From NCBI RefSeq assembly GCF_018350175.1, contig NC_058368.1, positions 191,396,001-191,460,000 of the forward strand: a stretch of 64,000 nucleotides of DNA. Reading direction: 5' to 3'. Shown piece by piece: positions 61,331 to 64,000 of the stretch (positions are counted from its first letter, which is position 1; the number at the start of each line of letters is the position of its first letter). This stretch comes from Felis catus (lineage: Eukaryota). A program made the translations under genes and the position numbers. The notes below the pieces were generated by a model that searched no databases, had not been told where the DNA came from, and saw nothing but the letters and a program-made list of their open reading frames with translations.

Positions 61331-63400
61331 CATAAACAAATGACAGCTATTTAGGCCTTATTGATTCTGAGGCTTTCTCGAGAATTTAAGGGAAGGAGGC
61401 ATTTTTATGAACATGATCCCTGGGATACACTGAAAGGGGATCCTGACCCTCATCTCCAAATCTCCCATGGAGAGAGTATTTCAGTATCCATGGAAAATGC
61501 AATCGTTTCAAGAAGATTGGCAATTTTGTTGGAGGAGAGGAGGAATTTTTTTGTTCTGCGAATGAGGTCTAACAACACCTCAGGGAGAGAAGGATAATTG
61601 ACTTAGGCCATCCCAGCAGGGAAAGCAAAAACACTTGAGGAAATAAAGACTGTGATTGGTCAAAACGCAGCATCTTTGAGTTAAACTTAAAGGTAAGAAA
61701 ATCATACATTGTTTTCTCATCTGGTTGGATCTCTCATTTTACCCTGAGAACCTTTGCATTGCGGCTGAAGATCTTGAAGAAAACCCACCAGGAAGTCATT
61801 TCAAAATCAACACACACCATGAAGGAAGCAACTTTAATTCAATTTCAAGAACACATTTTTTAAAAATTAAAGCATAATGAGAACCTGCTGCCTCAAACTG
61901 CAGCCAGGTGGGAGTCGGGCTGTAGGAAGCGGCCATGAAGACAGCTCTACATCTGGATGGAGCCGCCATGCCCTGGGGGGATGACTAGGGCCCAATATTG
62001 TTATAAGTCATCTGGCTGCTGGCTTCAGGTGGCGCCCGCCACCTGTGAGTCAAGTCAGAGGACACCCGTTGTCCACTCCAAAATGCATTCAGACCTCTCG
62101 ACGGTTCTTTCAAAACGTCCCTGGTTCAGCAAAGATAGAGCTCCCTGCTTCCCTGATAACATTTTTTAAAATGGTACCAAAGGACACCTCCCTTCTGGGT
62201 CTTCTCTCTCCACTGTCGTGAAAGGCAGTATTAGAGTCCCAAACAAATGTCTCCAGGCTTCTGAACAAACTGCTGACAGTAAGAAGGTAGCATCACAGGA
62301 GGCACACCTGGGGATCTGTGGGGCGTAAATCTTGCCCCTGCCACTTACTAGGTTTATAGACAAGTTATTTTCCTCTCTGCTGTATTTCCACCGACCCTCA
62401 GAAGAGAGATCATATGTGTCTCTATCTTACAGAATTGCTGGAAGAATTCACTGAAATAAGGCAGGGAGTGGGGCGTGAACAACTAGGGCTGTGTTCCCGT
62501 GTGGGTGAATAAGGTGAAAGTATGCATAGGTCAAAATACCATTTGCACCCTAGAAGTCACACACAGTTGTCAGCAAGATGCTCAAACTATGCAGGTGCCA
62601 CGGGACATGTGCCAAGTCACTTAAGACAGGTCTCTCTGGACCATGGCTCACTGAGAGGAATCACTAGCAGCATTACCCAAGTTGCTTACGTTTTTATTTC
62701 TTGGTGTCTCCTTCTCCTGGGAAGAGATGGGGAGGAGAACAAGTAAATACAGCTAAAAGCACATAACCATGGGACTCTTGTGTCACATGCACAGCTTTCG
62801 TGGCTGGTACAAAGCAAACACTCCACGGGCTGGCCATCATTATTAATTATTGTTTCCGATTATTTAACTACTTAACATAAGGCTGGGGGAGGGGTTGCCA
62901 CAGAAGAACTCATGGGGTCTGTGGGAGCCAACCAGCAAGTCTTCTACTAGCAGGGAAAATGATCAGGAGAGACGACAAAACTATGGATTCCATTAGAGAA
63001 CTTAAATAGGATACCCCCACCTGCTGGTAAAATCCTCTAGCTCTCAGATCCCACAGAATCGAAGAATAAGCCAGAAAGACCACACACAGAGAGGCAGGGC
63101 TAGGAGTTCTCCATGGCCCACAGGTCCCAGAGGAATGGGAAACAGAGCCCTGAATGACCCTCCCCCCTCTCCAAGGGGTCAGAAGTTAAATAAGACGAAG
63201 ATGTTATATAGGAATAATATATATAAACATCACTTCTTGAAGGAGGACTTTTTTGACTCAACTAAGCTATTTCCTCCCGATATATGTTCCTGTACCAGCA
63301 GGCACTTGTTCCGATTACTTGTTTATTTTAAGTCTTTCCCACTACCCTGTAAGTTCAACGAGAGCAAGGACCAGGTTTGGCACATTAAAGGTACATGACA

Positions 63401-63617
63401 GGGCGCCTGGGTGGCTCAGTCAGTTAAGTGTCTGACTCTTGATTTTGGCTCAAGTCAGGATCTCATGGTTCATGGTTTCAAGCCCCACAATGGGCTGTGC
63501 GCTGACAGTGCAGAGCCTGCTTGGGATTCTCTCTCTCCCTCTCTCTCCGCCCCTTCCCTGTGCTCGCTTGCTCTCTCTTTCTCTCCCTCTCTCAAAATAA
63601 ATAAGATTAAAAAAAAA
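63401..63617 (+). mobile_element. Can-SINE inserted in an L2 3' tip
   Basis: Degenerate TSD TA(A/G)AGGT(A/G)C(A/G)TGACA; L2 end ATTTGTTGGATAAATGA follows. Confidence 0.93.
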
Positions 63618-64000
63618 TAGAGGTGCGTGACAAACATTTGTTGGATAAATGATAAATGATCGTTCTGTGTATGCATATACTGAAAAGTGTATGTATATCT
63701 TAGCTATATGAATGTGCAGATTCTCTGCTCTTTTCCTCAACTTAAGTTTTCAAATTAAACCATTTCTAGACTCAGAACTCATTTTATTTGCCAAAGAATA
63801 ACCTATAACTTGGAGTTTATAAAAACCTTGAATTCTACTTTAGGGTTTTAGCTGCTTTGTCTGTGACAGTCATCAAATTGTTTTTGTTTCAGACTTGCCA
63901 CATCAAAAGCTATATTCCCTGGATTTTATTTTACTCTTTAAAAATAACTAAAGCAGAAATCTTGAAAATCTTAAGTGAATCGCTTGAGAGCCTCGAAGTG

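Noticed and set aside
533..63740. Family of similar short ORFs (MAQSVK...AQVMIS..., ...GAEREGDTES...)
   Set aside because: They are translations of Can-SINE copies on either strand
1..64000. Novel multi-gene system, CRISPR array or prokaryotic-style locus
   Set aside because: Repeat-rich mammalian non-coding DNA; the recurring ~200-bp units are dispersed SINEs with TSDs, not a repeat-spacer array

Overview
Mammalian genomic DNA, almost certainly from a felid (cat lineage): it carries 29 tRNA-derived Can-SINEs (mostly felid SINEC_Fc-type) and carnivore-type L1 3' ends. The window is AT-rich, CpG-poor and looks intronic or intergenic. I found no protein-coding exon, RNA gene or CpG island that I can support. 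The supplied ORFs are by-products of SINEs, L1 remnants, microsatellites or chance. Content is layered repeat history: old MIR, L2, hAT DNA transposons (a near-complete Charlie1a-like element) and ERVL/MaLR-type LTR remnants, overlaid by L1 fragments and Can-SINEs, many with readable target-site duplications (TSDs). The best structural observations are a twin-primed (5'-inverted) L1 at 40.8-43.6 kb hosting two later SINEs, three very young near-identical SINEs, a SINE nested in another SINE's tail, a possible mini 3' transduction, an internally deleted L1, an inverted L2 segment and several close inverted SINE pairs. I see no evidence of a new biological system. Repeat family names come from my recall of consensus sequences and boundaries of old repeats are approximate; RepeatMasker/Dfam should confirm them.
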